In this document: piece by piece, positions 38,601 through 50,152 of the stretch
Layout of the letters: every line of letters begins with the position of its first letter
How positions within the stretch are numbered: the stretch's first letter is position 1
Assembly (NCBI GenBank): GCA_030390025.1
Contig: CM059447.1
Coordinates: 19,468,001-19,532,000, forward strand
Reading direction: 5' to 3'
DNA: 64,000 nucleotides
Source: Squalus acanthias
Taxonomy: Eukaryota
Program-made: the position numbers and the translations under genes
The notes under the pieces: model-generated
What the model saw: only the letters and a program-made list of their open reading frames with translations
What the model was told of the DNA's origin: nothing
The model's database searches: none

Positions 38601-41600
38601 GAAGGCTTGTAATGTCACACAGCAGTGCTGTCACTAGTATGGTGGGTGTGTGATGTTTATGCTATGTTCACTTGAACTGCAAAAAACTGCCAGAAGGCCA
38701 ATTACAGACTACTCTTCCAAACTGTGGTAGACTCCAGAGAAAGCATTTGGAGCCTATGACATTGGGAAGGTGGTTCTGGTATTTATGGATGTGTTGCTGG
38801 TAGTGATCGTGGGAGCAGTTTGAGATGAATAGTAATTGTACAAAAAGCAATTATACAACATTAAAACGTATTTGCTCAAGTGTATGCCTTCCTGTAACAA
38901 TATATTAAATAAGCCTAGTGGGGACACTGCGCAGTATACACCCCAATGTAACCGGACAATGCAATTACTTAATCACAAATTGCCTAAAACTACCCATGAC
39001 ACAAACTTTAAAAATACCTTTCTGATTAACTTATGCCCAACAACCCTGATTAGGACAATAAGCTGAATACACAGCATGCAGCAACCTATAAACACCAGCC
39101 AGCAACATTTGAAAAGTAGAATAAAGTAGAGATTAGATAAATACAGTTACCTTCATAGCAAATGCAACATTAACAATGCTAGCTTGTTGACAACAGTCTA
39201 CTTTGTACATTGTTTAGACAGCACACAACTAACATGCGATAGAAAGACAACACTAATTGTCAATGTGGAAGTGGGTAAAAGCAAAATGGAGAAAAGTAGC
39301 TGCAGCATTAAATTTAGGGACATGCCACAATAGACAGCATTGAGTCAATTCTGCTCAAACTGAAATCTGTTTTGGTTTACACTGAAGCAAGACAACATAC
39401 TTGGGAAAGAGACAAGATAAAGTGATCCGATCCTCTGGAACTCTATTTGGAGTTCAAACACAAGAACGAGGGAACATTAAAAACATGTCTCTTTTTAACC
39501 TGTCAGTATCTTCTACTATTGTGCTTCTGCAGGAATCATGCAACATGCTGGGCAATTGTTTTTTGATTCCCTAACTGTATAAAAAGGGTGACGGTGACAC
39601 TGCAGCCACGAGCACTGCAGTGTGCAGCAGAAAAACAAAGTCATAATAAAAGCCTCAAAGGAAATTCATACATCATGCTGACTCCTACATGGGAAGTTTG
39701 CAATCTCATCAGAGGCCAGGTGTTTCCCTGCTGGGAGGGACAGAAAATCAGAGGGCACGTCACCAGATCTTCTCTTGTGCACCCCCCTAAGATCTGGTCT
39801 CAGGAGTTGCATTATTGGATGGCTGGGAGCCAATGGTATGTGATTTGAGACGACTCAGAAGGGGGAAAATATAAAAGGGAAATGATTCATATGAGGAAAT
39901 GATACTTCAGCTTAAATCAAACAACAAGAGCTGGCTGTCAGCTAGAAATGTAAATAATACTAAACTTGATGCAGTGTGGTAAAACCTCTCAAAACAAATG
40001 AAAGGTGAATTGAGAATTTTTGGTTAACCCTCTCCAAAGGAACTACCTATAGTTACTTAAAGCATATTACTCTGGCTCACCTCAAGAACCATGCAGAAAC
40101 TTGCACTTTGCCTGCACATTAATATGTAACATTTAGGTTATTAGTAGACTAACTGTGCTTTAATATTCTGATGCACAATTCAATTTTGGAAAGTATTTTA
40201 ATGCTCTGGTTTCTCCAAAAAATCAATATACATATATCAGGAAGCAAATTTTATTTTTAAACATACCTACTTTACTTAATAGAATGAGTTAACTACAATT
40301 TAATGCATAATTTGCAACACAAACTGTCAAATGTGATCACTTGTTTCTACTCTCAGTCCCTTAATAGTCCATCATGAAAGCCAGATGTGCCATTTAACAA
40401 TTTTACAAAACCAATAAAATGTTATCAACCCCATCTCATTGTTTTTAGAAACTTAAAAAGGAACAAATCATGTACCCACCTAAACCACATATTAAATCTT
40501 TGTCACATGAAAAACAACAGCTACATGTGCATTTTATGGACTTCACAGTCCCAATATCCAATTAGCTCGCAGTCACCAAAATTACATTTCTGGAATTAAT
40601 TCTATACTTTACATAAAAGTGGGTTATGAAGAGGAGTATGATAAACAAATGGTAAGTGACTCATCAAAAGCTTGAAAAAAAGTCAGTTCCAAATTTTCTC
40701 TTCCCGTAAACTTATTTTTCCGAAGTAGGAGTTGTTCTTGAAGGCTGGGACACACCTAATCAGGGATGAATCTGGAGACAGTAATGATTCAGGAGAATGT
40801 GACTCAATTTAATTCTCAGATATAAAATGTTGTCTTACAGTTTGAATTGAGAAATCTTCACATGCTTTCTTAGAGTGGATAATTTAACCAAACACAATTA
40901 ATGCACAGAAAAAGTTTTTTTAAATCTAAAGAATGGAAACATTCAATATTGAAATTTGCTGATGACATCAAATTGGGGGCGAGAGGGAGAAGCGCTGTGA
41001 CAAATTGTGATGAAAATTGTGAAAGACTGCAAGAGGACATAGATAAGATAGGCAGAGAGGTTGTAAATACTGTTTAAAGTAAAAGATGTGGAATAATGCA
41101 TTTTGGAAATAAGAGAGAAGGATAATGTTGACTTTGTACAAGACTGTAGTTAGGTTACAGTTGGAGTACTCTGTAGTTTTAGGCACCCGATTACAGGAAG
41201 GATATAAAAGCAATAGAAAATGTGCAGCATAGATTCACTAGGATTTTACCATGGATGAGGGGTTACAGTTATGAAGAGAGACTGGAGAAGCTAAAGGTTT
41301 CTTCACTAGAGCCGAGTTGGTTACAGATGAACTGATTGAGGTCTTCAAGATGACGAAGGGTTATGATAAAGGTAGAGATGGATTACTTACGCCGGTCACC
41401 AAGACAGTAATGAGAAGGCCCAAATCTAAGATAATCATGAAAAGAATTAAAGGGGAGGCTAGAAAAAATCATTACACACAAAATGGAATTCTCTGCCAGA
41501 AACCATTGAAGTATAGTTCATAAATTCCCTTTAAAGGGAATTAAATGCTTGAAACATGTACAGGGAACGAGAACCTGTGCAAACTTGCAATTGCCTGTTC

Positions 41601-44600
41601 CTGTGCTGATATTTTACAATTCTGGTTGGCATGAACTCACCTGGATTACCAATCCTAGGCTGACTTACTATGAGCAGTGCAGTGAACTAATATTTAGGAC
41701 ACATATTCATGACAATAAAAAGACATAGCCTCACACATGGTTTTTCTATGGTGGTGTTGCAATTTCCTTCTCTATGCTGAGCCCAGAATTAAGGAAGAGA
41801 GCTACAAAAAGCTTGTTCAGACAGGTTCATGTTAAATAAAGCTATGAACAACTGGCCTTCTTTGTAGCCTCTAGAAAACAGATTGCAAACTGTATGGGCT
41901 TGGAGTATAAAATTCACTCTCTATGCTTTTTTTAAACCAATCAACCCAGTGAGGAATGAATTGGACAGAACACGGCATGGCATTAGAATGATTCTAATTG
42001 ATTAGAAAAATTCCAAAATGTTTACATTTTATTTTAAAAGTGCAATTGCCAATGATAAATTGATTTAAATAAAACTGCTGGAAAGCTCCAGCTTCGAGCT
42101 GCCAATTTCACTTCCTTCCTAGCTTGTATGCAAAGAACAGATAGCTCAATGCCTCAGTCTGTCGACCTGAATATTGAACAGTGACACCTTAGGGGCAGAA
42201 CGGTTTTAAGGCCATTTTTATCTTACCGAAAAATAAAAGCATCTTACAACTTGAATGAAATTCCTTTCAGCATTATTAACGCCTCTCACAAAAAAAACAA
42301 CAGGTAATTGTATGCCATTTTGTTCCTCAATCTTTGATGTTTACCGAAGTACAACAAAACAGTCGGCAATTTGTTTCCCTCCCCAATCACAGCTGCTTTT
42401 AAACGAACTGGCAAGTCCTCCTGAAACGTTACTCCCAAAAATCGCAATTAAAAAAAAAACCAAACAGATTCTGTGGAGAACTTTAGAAGAGAGTTAAAAA
42501 AAACAAAGTGGACTGTGACAGAAATTGGAGCCGACGGTTGCGAGTCCAAGGGTGAGGCAGAGGAAAATGAAGATCCATTAAGTCGGCCGCATTGATTTTG
42601 TAAATCACTGCTAAAAAAAGCATTACAGAATTGAGTCCCAAGTGCCAGCCTCCAAAAGCAAATGGACAGGCCAGATCCCACTGATGTAGATGTAAAGAAG
42701 TGTGGCTTACTGCCAGTGATTACTCAAAATAAATTACAACTGGGGTGAGGGTTGTAATATAATATATGACTGAATATGGATGACATCAGCACACTATGTA
42801 TCCCTGTGTGAGGGAGCAAGAACTACTGCTGAAATTGTTGTATAGACTGAACTATTATAGCCTCCCTTTTGCAAAAAATGTTTTACAGTTCAATTGTCTA
42901 GTGATTTTATATTTTGAAAATTTAATACAAGCTTGTGGTTATTTGGTCTCCTAGATGGCTTTGAAATTGAGGGAGTGATAAAAAAATACATGCACTGTTT
43001 GAGACAATCAAGCAGGTGACCCATGTGCTGTCCCTTTATGAACAATATCTAGACCAATACATAAATTAAATCATCTCCCCCTGCTCCCCACACCATCCAT
43101 GGTCAAGACACAGAGGTCAAATCATTTCTCCCATGTCTCTGGCAACACTATTTAGTAAAAATTCACTGTGATTTGCATAAAATCGACATCACCGGGTTTC
43201 CAACCACCCCTGCTAAAGTGGCTTATTTTAATGCTGAACTTGCCTCCGTTGCTGGCGGTCAGGATCTACATTTTCCCCACGCTGTGGTACAGCAGGTTGG
43301 TAACATAGTGCAAACTAATCTTCTCTGTAACCAGGAATATTTTATTTACTTGCTACCGTTAAGCATTTCAAAGACATGATAATCATATATACACAGCATT
43401 ACTGCTTGTCCCGCACCACACACGATCTTGGTAGACATGGAAGCCAGGGCTTTCTGCTTCAATGCTTGCCAGTGAAGTGAATGGGCGGAAAATCACAGAC
43501 TGGCAAAGCAGAAGGTTTTTAAATTAATGCCCAGCTTGTCAAAAATACTGAATGTAATCGGCTGAGTAGAAAGCGTTTTCGGAAAGGTATTTAATAAATC
43601 AATTTCCCTGTAGTGTTTTACTGCAAGTACTGCACTCTTATTTTAACTAGTACGAGTTCCTAAATGCTTTGAGAGAGAGAGAGTTGGGGCAAGGCAGCCC
43701 AGGATATTCAAGTACTAATGCACTGTGCCAGGGAATAGTAAAACACAGCATCACGAACGCAACCTTTAATCCCTGCCATGCCTTCAGGGGAAGCAGATAA
43801 GAATCCAGGAACTCTCCTCTCCCCTGCTCCCAAAATGAGCAGAACACAGCCACACTAGTTATCTAGGGCCACTCACACAACCGACCAGCTGAGCAGCAAT
43901 GCTTGACATGGGACCAAGACACTGGCTTACCCCTCCGGCCGGGAATGGCCTGGACTATTTTCCTCTCCAGTTCATGAGTAAGATTGTCCGTCATTTCTTA
44001 ACAGGTTAAGTTCCAAAACCAAACACTCCACATTGCGTTTTCAATACAAGTTTCTCTTAACAAGTTTCATTGAGGGTGGCCTCAAACACAAACTAGTTTT
44101 ATATTGTATATCTCTATTAGATGTTCTATAGCATACTTGTATTTAATGTTTGAGTGAACTGCACACAAACTTCCTATTGAAGTCCATTTAAGTACAAACA
44201 TGTTTCATGTCATTCTTCCTTAGTGGTGTCTCAAAACAGCAATTTAAAGTTAATTCTCCTTGCTGATGGCAAACATGTTGCATTTCCTGTTCCCATACAA
44301 GTTGTGTATCGGGCAAGAACACAATCGTAAAAACACACTCTCACCACTGTCATTTCCTATGTGAGAAAAACACAAAACTGAAAATGTTATAACTAACTTA
44401 AAATGTTTATTTCTCAACAGGATGTATGCCAACAGAACAATTTGTTTTGAGAAATAGTTTACTTTTTAAACTGTCAGCACATTTAAATGTGACCAGATAA
44501 AACACATCTTTGAATGGAGGACCAAGTGTTGGACTTGCTGTTAATTAAGCCAGAGAGCAGTCAATAAACAGAAAGGACTTTAAAAAAAAAAGGCATGTAC

Positions 44601-47600
44601 TATTTAAATCTATTGCCGTTTAACCATTAAACTATTTTACCTGGTTGTTCCAGATTCCAGGACAAACTAATGGATTTATGGCATTTCATCAGTGAAATTT
44701 TATACAGAAAGTTCACAGAGCAGGCGTATGTTATAGTTCTGTAATAACTCGGTGCTTACATGATGTCAAACTGCAAGCAGGAAGTTGCATTAGAATAGAA
44801 ATTCTTCAGAACCCTTTACAGCCGTTAAGAGCTCCAATATTTTATATCAACTAATACCTGGCAATCTTTTTGGTTGCTGCTTGAACAAGTGTGAGCCACC
44901 CATAGACACTTGGAGGAGTAGCCTCTACACTTATTCAATGAGGGAACTTTATTGGGAAATAAATGCACACTCCTTTTTTGCATGAAATACAAAAAAAAAG
45001 ATAAAAGCAATGACATTTCTCCCTCCGTCCTATCGATAGCTGCGTCAATTTATAGTGCAGCATTTATTTGAAGAAAGTGTTTAAGTGTTGCAGTTTCAGG
45101 GGAGGCTTTGTTGTTTCCCCTCCCCCCAAAAGGACCCCGAATGCCAGGCGTCCTTTTCCCAATATTGAATCCTGCTTTGTGTCTGTGTTAAATGACTTCA
45201 GTGGACATGCCAGAGCCAGAGCTTCACACACTATTGTTCTCCAAACAGGAAATCAGGGAATTTGAAGGTGTCAATCAAAACACATCTGATCAGAGAACAA
45301 ACAACCAGCTCCCAGTACAAACAATCACACAGAACATTTCACACGGCGGCTTTGCGGGACAAACAATCTGACTCACTGGAAACTCAAATAACAATATTTA
45401 AAATAGCATTTCCTTCACATTTGCTGCACTAGCTCAGTTGCTCTCAGGAAATAATTTAGCTGGCTCCTGGTGCCGGAGCTCTATTTCAGACCAGGCTATT
45501 CGGAATCCTCTGTAAAGTGAAGCCGTCGTCTTTTCAGCTGACTTTTTACAAAAGGTCACGATCAGAGGACTGGAGCGTTTCAGGAGGTTACAGATTAGCA
45601 AGGGACAAGGCCATAACAAGACAAGGGCGAGAATTTAAAATTTTAGATGCTGGTGGCCTGGGATCCAATAACCCCAGAATTACAATTGTCGAGGAAACAT
45701 CAAACTCCAGCGCAACACTAAGGATGCAAAATTCATATACTGGTAAAACAAAGGGAGGCCATCTGCCACAACTTTGCCTCTTGAACCACTGGAGTCGTGC
45801 CAAAGGGTTGTGGTAAAGCACCTGGTAACTGCTGAAACAAGTCCAAGATGAAAATGAAGAGACGGCAAACCTTCCTAGACGAGGTACAAGACCCGAATCA
45901 TCTAGTCCTCGGACTTCCACAGCAACTTGTATCTAAAACTGATTAATGGGGCTGAATAGATGCAAGTCTGTTTGAGGAAATCTCCCAACACCCTAGAACG
46001 AGGGACCAAGCTTACTGAGGTCGTGTAATGTACAATTCCACTGATTCTATTAAACAAAAAAAAAGACACAGGTGCATCAAAACGGCATCACACCCATATT
46101 GAGCACATATTTTGGCTGATCAATTTTACTTAAAAATCAGGCACGACAGCTTTTAAGCATCAAGGTGGCCCCTTTCCTGCCCAGTTGAACCCTGCAGATT
46201 TTCGCTAGCCCCTCTTTATGCAAGACGTCACAACCAGAAACAAAGATAAAAGCTTACACACTTTGCTTTCATTCTTTTGTACCCAAGCTGCCCATCATTT
46301 TATTTATTGCAGATAAAAGAAACATTTAATCTGAAGAACGTATAATTTTTTATAAAAAGTTGGGAATAAAATCCATTAATGGCCAGCTGGTACAGACTGT
46401 CAATCACATTCAAATGCTATTACAAAGTGCTGCAGCATCAGCTGGACTGGAGTTCGGAATTTAAATAGAACTAGCGGCATACTTCTGCTTTTGAGGTCAA
46501 TTTCCCAAATACAACATTTTTTTCTTGAAAACAATTAAGAAAACTGAAAATAAAACACAACAATAAAGCATATTGGTGATGGAGTTCTCAGTTAGCGATC
46601 AAACCAAGGACTAAGCAGGTTTTAAAAAGATTTTTATGTCCAAAAACTGCTGTACTGTTTGTGCGTCATCTAAAGCCATCTGAAGTGTTTTATAAAACAA
46701 ATTATACAATACAGCTCCAGGACAAAGAAACAAAGGAATCAAGGCCTTGAGGGGGAGGGGAAGTGACAGGCAAGACACAAGTCACGACAAAAAAAAAGAG
46801 AATCTAACCAAAAACCATATTGAAAATTGATTCCTAAAACTACACTTTTTAAAGTGTGTTTTGGCAATGGGACACTCAATTTCACCAAGGAATTCTAAAG
46901 AGGATTTTGACTAAAGAAATTTAGGAATGATTTCGGTCTGCCATTTAAAAAAGGTGGAGATTTTTTCCCCACTGTAAGACTAAGATTGTAGAATTTGTTC
47001 ACACGGATATATTGGAGGAAAAATACATATATATATATATATATCCTTTGCAAAGGGTGTGGGTGGGGGAGAAACATAGCAAAACACAGTATACAATAGT
47101 GAACATGGTCATAATCAGGCCCCAAAATACTAAACAGAAATCAAGATCAAATCATTGGAAACTTTAAAAAGGAGTAGACAGTGCACCAAACATCCCTAAA
47201 TATGACTAATAAAATTAACATATCTGAATTCTCCACTATTATTGAAGGATAAATGGCTTCTGCAATATAATCTAGAGTCTGTTCACCAAACACATATTGA
47301 CCTGGGGCACATGTGTAATGGTGCATGATTCATTTCCTGAAACATTGCAAACCGTAACATTTCTCATTGTTCATAAACAGGAACTAGTCAACACTTCGAA
47401 AGGTTCCAATGTGAATTTTGAAAGAGACATGCAGTAGGGCAAAAGGAAATCAGAGACAATATAGAAATCTGGTGTTCTGCAATATCCACCTCCCATCCCC
47501 TCCCCCATCCCCATTTACAATGCAGGGCAGATTTCAGAGCACTGACAGCAGCAGAAAAACTGCGGACAAAGTGATTCAAAAGTCACACTCGATCAGAAAG

Positions 47601-49416
47601 AGAGCTTGCAGCAGTGGCACTGCTGTCTTCAGAGAAGCTTTGGAAAACTACTACACCCGAGGCTGTTCTTCAAGGCAATACTACCACAAATGCATTTATA
47701 TTACAGCAGTGTCACTGAAGTCAAGGCTGGCATCAGGAACAGCATCCTGTGGGAGGAGATGCTTTCTGCATCAACAAGTTTCTCAACTTATTTTAGAATA
47801 TGTAAAATCTATTACAGATTTTTTTCTCCAAAGGTCGATATAAATTCTGCCAATTTTGAAATCTGAAAAACATTCAGTACTTCGAGTCAACACTCATTGT
47901 AGAATAGCAACTGACAAAACACTGATCAAATAATTTTGTTACTGTTGAAAATAGCCAACTGTTGTTCTATTATGCATGCTGTCAGAGGTTAAACTCTGGT
48001 TCCTCTACTGATGAGATCCAAAACAATTGTTTCAATTATCACTAATGGCTTATTGGATATCAGTTAGTGCAGTTCTGTTGGCGAGCTGCAGCTGATCGGT
48101 TCAACACAAAGGTCAGGCTCTCCCATACTGCATCTACACCGAGTTACAGTTACTATTTTAAACAACATTAAAATAAAACAAACTACAATTAGATGGTATC
48201 TGTCTTTCTTGTTCTCATATTTAACTTTCACTATGCTCTATTCCGGTGCTACAGCACAGCATATGCACTCAGAGAGGTCAATCAGATCCAAGCAGAAATC
48301 AGACATTAAACCTAACAACAAAAGTTTTATCAGTATTTGTTTAATACTCAGAGTTACTGTTTAGTTCACCTCAACAAATATCTGGACAAGGGGTTAACTC
48401 CATGTCTAACGCTGATGACACTGAAAAGGTGAGATTTTGACAATGAACAATGTACACTATGGAAAAGCTAGGCTAATTTTGGGTATTCCAAGATGACACT
48501 GGCAGGCCTGCATGCTAAACCCCCAGCATAATAAACTCTGTTACAAAACTGCTCGGACTCGTGTCCAGGTAACTGCCACCTAGATGTTCAATATTTACAT
48601 TATTCATAACAGGTTTTTAGATCAATAACATTCTTTGACCTAAACCAAACTGCAACCATTCTCACATGTATAAAAACTGATATTCTTGGCTGATGTTGGA
48701 TGTTATGGTCCTCACCAGGAAACAAATTTGATTATTCAGTCCTCCCATAATCCACTTCTTTCACACAAACAAAACAATTACTTTGAAACACTCCTTTAGA
48801 AAACAGCAATATTACAGACCTCAACTGCTGACAATTTCTGCTTTACATTCATATTACAGGGACATACAAAAGATTATTTCAACCTCTTCCTCTCATAAAT
48901 TCCCACAGCTAGTATCCCCAGGAGTATTACTTCATAGATCAGCTGGGGTTTTTTTTTTAAAAGCAGCTATGTTTTGTTACACTCCCTTTAGTGATTTCTT
49001 TGTTGCTCAGCTGAAATATATGTCTGATATTCTATCCTTTGACTGATGGATTATTGGAACAGTCCATCTGTTGTGGTGAAATGATCCCTGGATATTATCG
49101 AATAGTCAGCTCCTTCTATATGTGATCCCTGGGATTCATAATCTTCCCAGGAGCAGATTTGTGAATATGGAGATTGACTCTGTGAATGACAGTTTTTCTT
49201 TCTTGACTATTACCATGTCCTTTCCCCTCTGGGCCAGTGACACGGGACTAGATATTACACACACTGTTTTTAGCCGTGTTATTATTAGGAGTGCTGTTCT
49301 CGCTCTTGTCTTCCTCCCAATATCCACTCTCAGTTCTTACCCAGGTAAATGTCTCCGAAGGACCCGCTGCCGATTTTCCTGCCGAGCCGGTACCTGTTTC
49401 CCACTCTCAGTTCCAT
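11568..49416 (-). CDS. CSNK1D: Casein kinase I delta, whole coding span (delta1 = 9 exons, 1245 nt, 414 aa; delta2 = exons 1-8 plus cassette exon, 408 aa)
   Basis: Exons were read by hand and splice in frame with GT-AG at every junction. The protein runs [26 protein letters not shown]...HRDVKPDN...IIDFGLAK...SRRDDLE. The C-tail (GASRAADD...[13 protein letters not shown]...[25 protein letters not shown]...TSRMSTSQ) is diagnostic of delta rather than epsilon. Confidence 0.98.
11884..12338 (+). mobile_element. LF-SINE-like element, near full length, in the last CSNK1D intron (antisense to the gene)
   Basis: Starts GGGGACTGGATAGAGCAGTGG, then gtgaatccagcccagact and ttcttagtgggca; ends tctccaggatcaatagcgctcatcttaacaagcacgaaaat. 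Confidence 0.65.
15625..15657 (-). CDS. CSNK1D: CSNK1D delta2 cassette exon, coding part [10 protein letters not shown] (whole exon 15595-15657, 63 nt)
   Basis: Acceptor cttttcccccacctcag, donor TGG|gtgagt. Peptide matches the mammalian delta2 tail NSIPFEHHGK*, and the post-stop GAAGGCAGCACTG resembles the human exon. Confidence 0.93.
   Translation of the reverse strand, partial: NSLPFEHHGM
16468..17403 (+). mobile_element. L2 LINE 3' fragment (degenerate RT C-terminus plus tail)
   Basis: [29 protein letters not shown] (degenerate YADD region); L2 tail ggcactatataaatgcaacttgttgttg. Confidence 0.9.
18397..18464. repeat. Tandem duplication, 2 x 34 bp
   Basis: agcagactcgactcttactgaagcacagaccact / agcagattcgactcttactgaagcacagatcacc. 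Confidence 0.9.
21648..21905 (-). mobile_element. SINE-like repeat with a CR1-family 3' tail
   Basis: Reverse complement ends gcaactagggatgggcgataaatgctggccttgccagtgacacccacatcc, a tail I recognise as common in elasmobranch retroposons. Confidence 0.6.
22034..22173 (-). CDS. CSNK1D: CSNK1D exon 8 (140 nt): [47 protein letters not shown]
   Basis: Acceptor ttattcttcag, phase-0 donor CAG|gtataa; near-identical to the mammalian CK1delta tail. Confidence 0.97.
22394..22992. mobile_element. MITE-like element with about 96-bp inverted repeats (22394-22489 and 22897-22992)
   Basis: Arms about 90% complementary, including an exact ccattttgaaaacttcccattttcaaaatgctccacatatgcacccat block; related fragment at about 36955-36981. 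Confidence 0.7.
23335..23512 (-). mobile_element. AmnSINE2-like SINE, 3' part
   Basis: Reverse complement aligns with 112-290 and 52390-52545. Confidence 0.5.
24008..24213 (-). mobile_element. CR1 LINE 3' end
   Basis: tacagcacagaaacaggccatttggcccaac is the reverse complement of the CR1 tail; similar to 52600-52790. Confidence 0.8.
24400..25110 (-). mobile_element. Old L2 LINE RT fragment
   Basis: ORF 24403..24858 contains [19 protein letters not shown], a degenerate L2 motif (LLDLSAAFDTVDH). Confidence 0.7.
25505..25530 (+). repeat. G26 homopolymer
   Basis: Read directly. Confidence 0.9.
26140..26233 (+). mobile_element. CR1 3' tail fragment
   Basis: gatcagccatgatctcattaaatggcagagcaggctcgaggggccaaatggcctactcctgctcc; matches 59840-59920. 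Confidence 0.8.
26456..26624 (-). CDS. CSNK1D: CSNK1D exon 7 (169 nt): [56 protein letters not shown]
   Basis: Acceptor tgatcatttcag, donor CTG|gtaaaa; one codon shorter than the human exon as recalled. Confidence 0.97.
27450..27827 (+). mobile_element. Degenerate CR1 3' end
   Basis: ttttcactggaacagaaaaggttgagag...acagagggttattagagcatggaattc...ggctgaatggccttcttctgtgctgtaa...attctatga. Confidence 0.75.
27832..28123 (-). mobile_element. Degenerate Deu-domain SINE
   Basis: ctgctcttctttcagtagtgccaagggatcttt (Deu core) and head-region similarity. Confidence 0.65.
28316..28464 (-). CDS. CSNK1D: CSNK1D exon 6 (149 nt): [50 protein letters not shown]
   Basis: Acceptor ttccccacag, donor TTT|gtacgt; overlaps ORF 28289..28546. 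Confidence 0.98.
29430..29600 (-). CDS. CSNK1D: CSNK1D exon 5 (171 nt): [57 protein letters not shown]
   Basis: Acceptor tctcttccag, donor CGT|gtacgt; SRRDD and LPWQGLKA motifs; overlaps ORF 29323..29652. Confidence 0.97.
29890..30070 (-). mobile_element. Degenerate Deu-domain SINE, 3' part
   Basis: tttatatacagtgccttatc...ctcaaaatacttcat...cccacaaacagcagtgag resembles the SINE tail. Confidence 0.55.
30210..30438 (-). CDS. CSNK1D: CSNK1D exon 4 (229 nt): [22 protein letters not shown]...[12 protein letters not shown]...[16 protein letters not shown]
   Basis: Acceptor ttttgcatttag, donor TAG|gtaggc; HRD and DFG motifs and the CK1-specific SIN motif; overlaps ORF 30043..30390. Confidence 0.99.
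31723..31871 (-). CDS. CSNK1D: CSNK1D exon 3 (149 nt): [50 protein letters not shown]
   Basis: Acceptor tttcttgtgtag, donor ATG|gtagga; CK1 signature [10 protein letters not shown]. Confidence 0.98.
32288..32556 (-). mobile_element. CR1 3' tail fused to a SINE-like fragment with an internal 2 x 47-bp tandem (32436-32529)
   Basis: (acatagaa)2 terminal repeat and ggagcaggagtaggccattcggccc; tandem acatatccca(c/t)cctatccctgtaacccca read directly. Confidence 0.75.
34475..34640 (+). mobile_element. AmnSINE2-like fragment
   Basis: atcagggtttccttcctaatcc...ttgggtgagaatcagg...gaatggcctgatgacattcac; similar to the other copies. Confidence 0.45.
34740..34985 (-). mobile_element. Deu-domain SINE, 3' part
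   Basis: High identity to 2464-2715. Confidence 0.85.
35229..35568 (+). mobile_element. Deu-domain SINE, 5' truncated
   Basis: High identity to 3890-4246. Confidence 0.85.
35756..35866 (-). CDS. CSNK1D: CSNK1D exon 2 (111 nt): [36 protein letters not shown]
   Basis: Acceptor ttgttttctcacag, donor GAG|gtaagg; contains the VAIK catalytic lysine. Confidence 0.98.
37270..38090 (+). mobile_element. CR1-like LINE RT fragment, degenerate
   Basis: [17 protein letters not shown] is a degenerate GVPQGS motif; downstream [19 protein letters not shown]...[17 protein letters not shown] is typical of a LINE RT C-terminus. Confidence 0.85.
38095..38310 (+). mobile_element. LF-SINE-like 3' part
   Basis: gcactaattggcaatt...gagagctttgctct...caccttgatgagcataaaa matches 1200-1415. 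Confidence 0.55.
40950..41605 (+). mobile_element. Degenerate CR1 ORF2 3' fragment
   Basis: aaatttgctgatgacatcaaattggg (KFADD); gttaggttacagttggagtactct; [14 protein letters not shown]. Confidence 0.85.
49341..49416 (-). CDS. CSNK1D: CSNK1D coding exon 1 (76 nt): [26 protein letters not shown]
   Basis: Strong Kozak context ccaaccATGG, glycine-rich loop GSGSFG, donor CTGG|gtaaga. Confidence 0.98.
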
Positions 49417-49714
49417 GGTTGGGTTTCGCCTGGTGCCCACTGAATGTGTTTGATTTTAACCCAGTGACTGAGGGAAACTCTCTCTCTCTCTGTCTATTTC
49501 TCCCTCTCTCTCTGTGTCCCAGTCTTTCTCACAGAACGATTTTCACCATCACTTTTCTCGCTCCTTTCCAAATGCACCCCGACAATATCTGCACCAGACG
49601 ACACGTTATTCGTTGTAGATTATGCTCCACCAAGTTTTATTGTCATCCTGTCCACTCGCACGCAGGATGGCATCGGATTCTAGTCACTGTCTCTCCCTCT
49701 CCTTCCTCGGCTCT

Positions 49715-49810
49715 ACTTCGCCATTACTGTACTGAGAACTGCCTGACGTCACATCCGCCGTCTGACGTCACTCGATAGGGCGGGGTGAACACTGGTGACG
49801 TCATATATAT
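49715..49810 (-). promoter_or_regulatory. CSNK1D proximal promoter: 3 CRE palindromes TGACGTCA (49744-49751, 49763-49770, 49796-49803), GC box (49778-49785), YY1-like ATGGCG (about 49719-49724)
   Basis: Motifs read directly; locally CpG-rich; about 300-390 bp upstream of the ATG. Confidence 0.8.
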
Positions 49811-50152
49811 CGCTAATATGTTACGACTGTAGCGCAGCCATCATAAATATGTGAGAAATAAATGTTTTAATATTGCCCACTACCCGACATCAACAGCCAA
49901 TAGTTTTCAGTGGGTGAAGTTACCAACCAGTATGACAGACAATTGCCCGTTGTGTTGTCACAAAGCAATTGCCTTGGCAAAGCAGATGTTAAATATTGAA
50001 GTTTCAGATACATTTTGTCCAATGGCATATAAAAAAAAGTAGAAGTGACCATCTGATAGAAAAACCTTTTGTGCAGTTTTGACATTTTATATTTTGTCAT
50101 TTGTGAATTTTATTCTGCACCCTACATGGACTCACACCCTGCATGCCAATAA

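Noticed and set aside
11568-49416. Assignment as CSNK1E or as a pseudogene
   Set aside because: Exons 7-8 and both alternative tails match delta; all exons are in frame with canonical splice sites.
49122-49778. 218-aa plus-strand ORF antisense to exon 1
   Set aside because: Starts at a non-ATG codon, includes a low-complexity CT-repeat translation and has no recognisable domain; expected shadow ORF over a GC-richer first exon.
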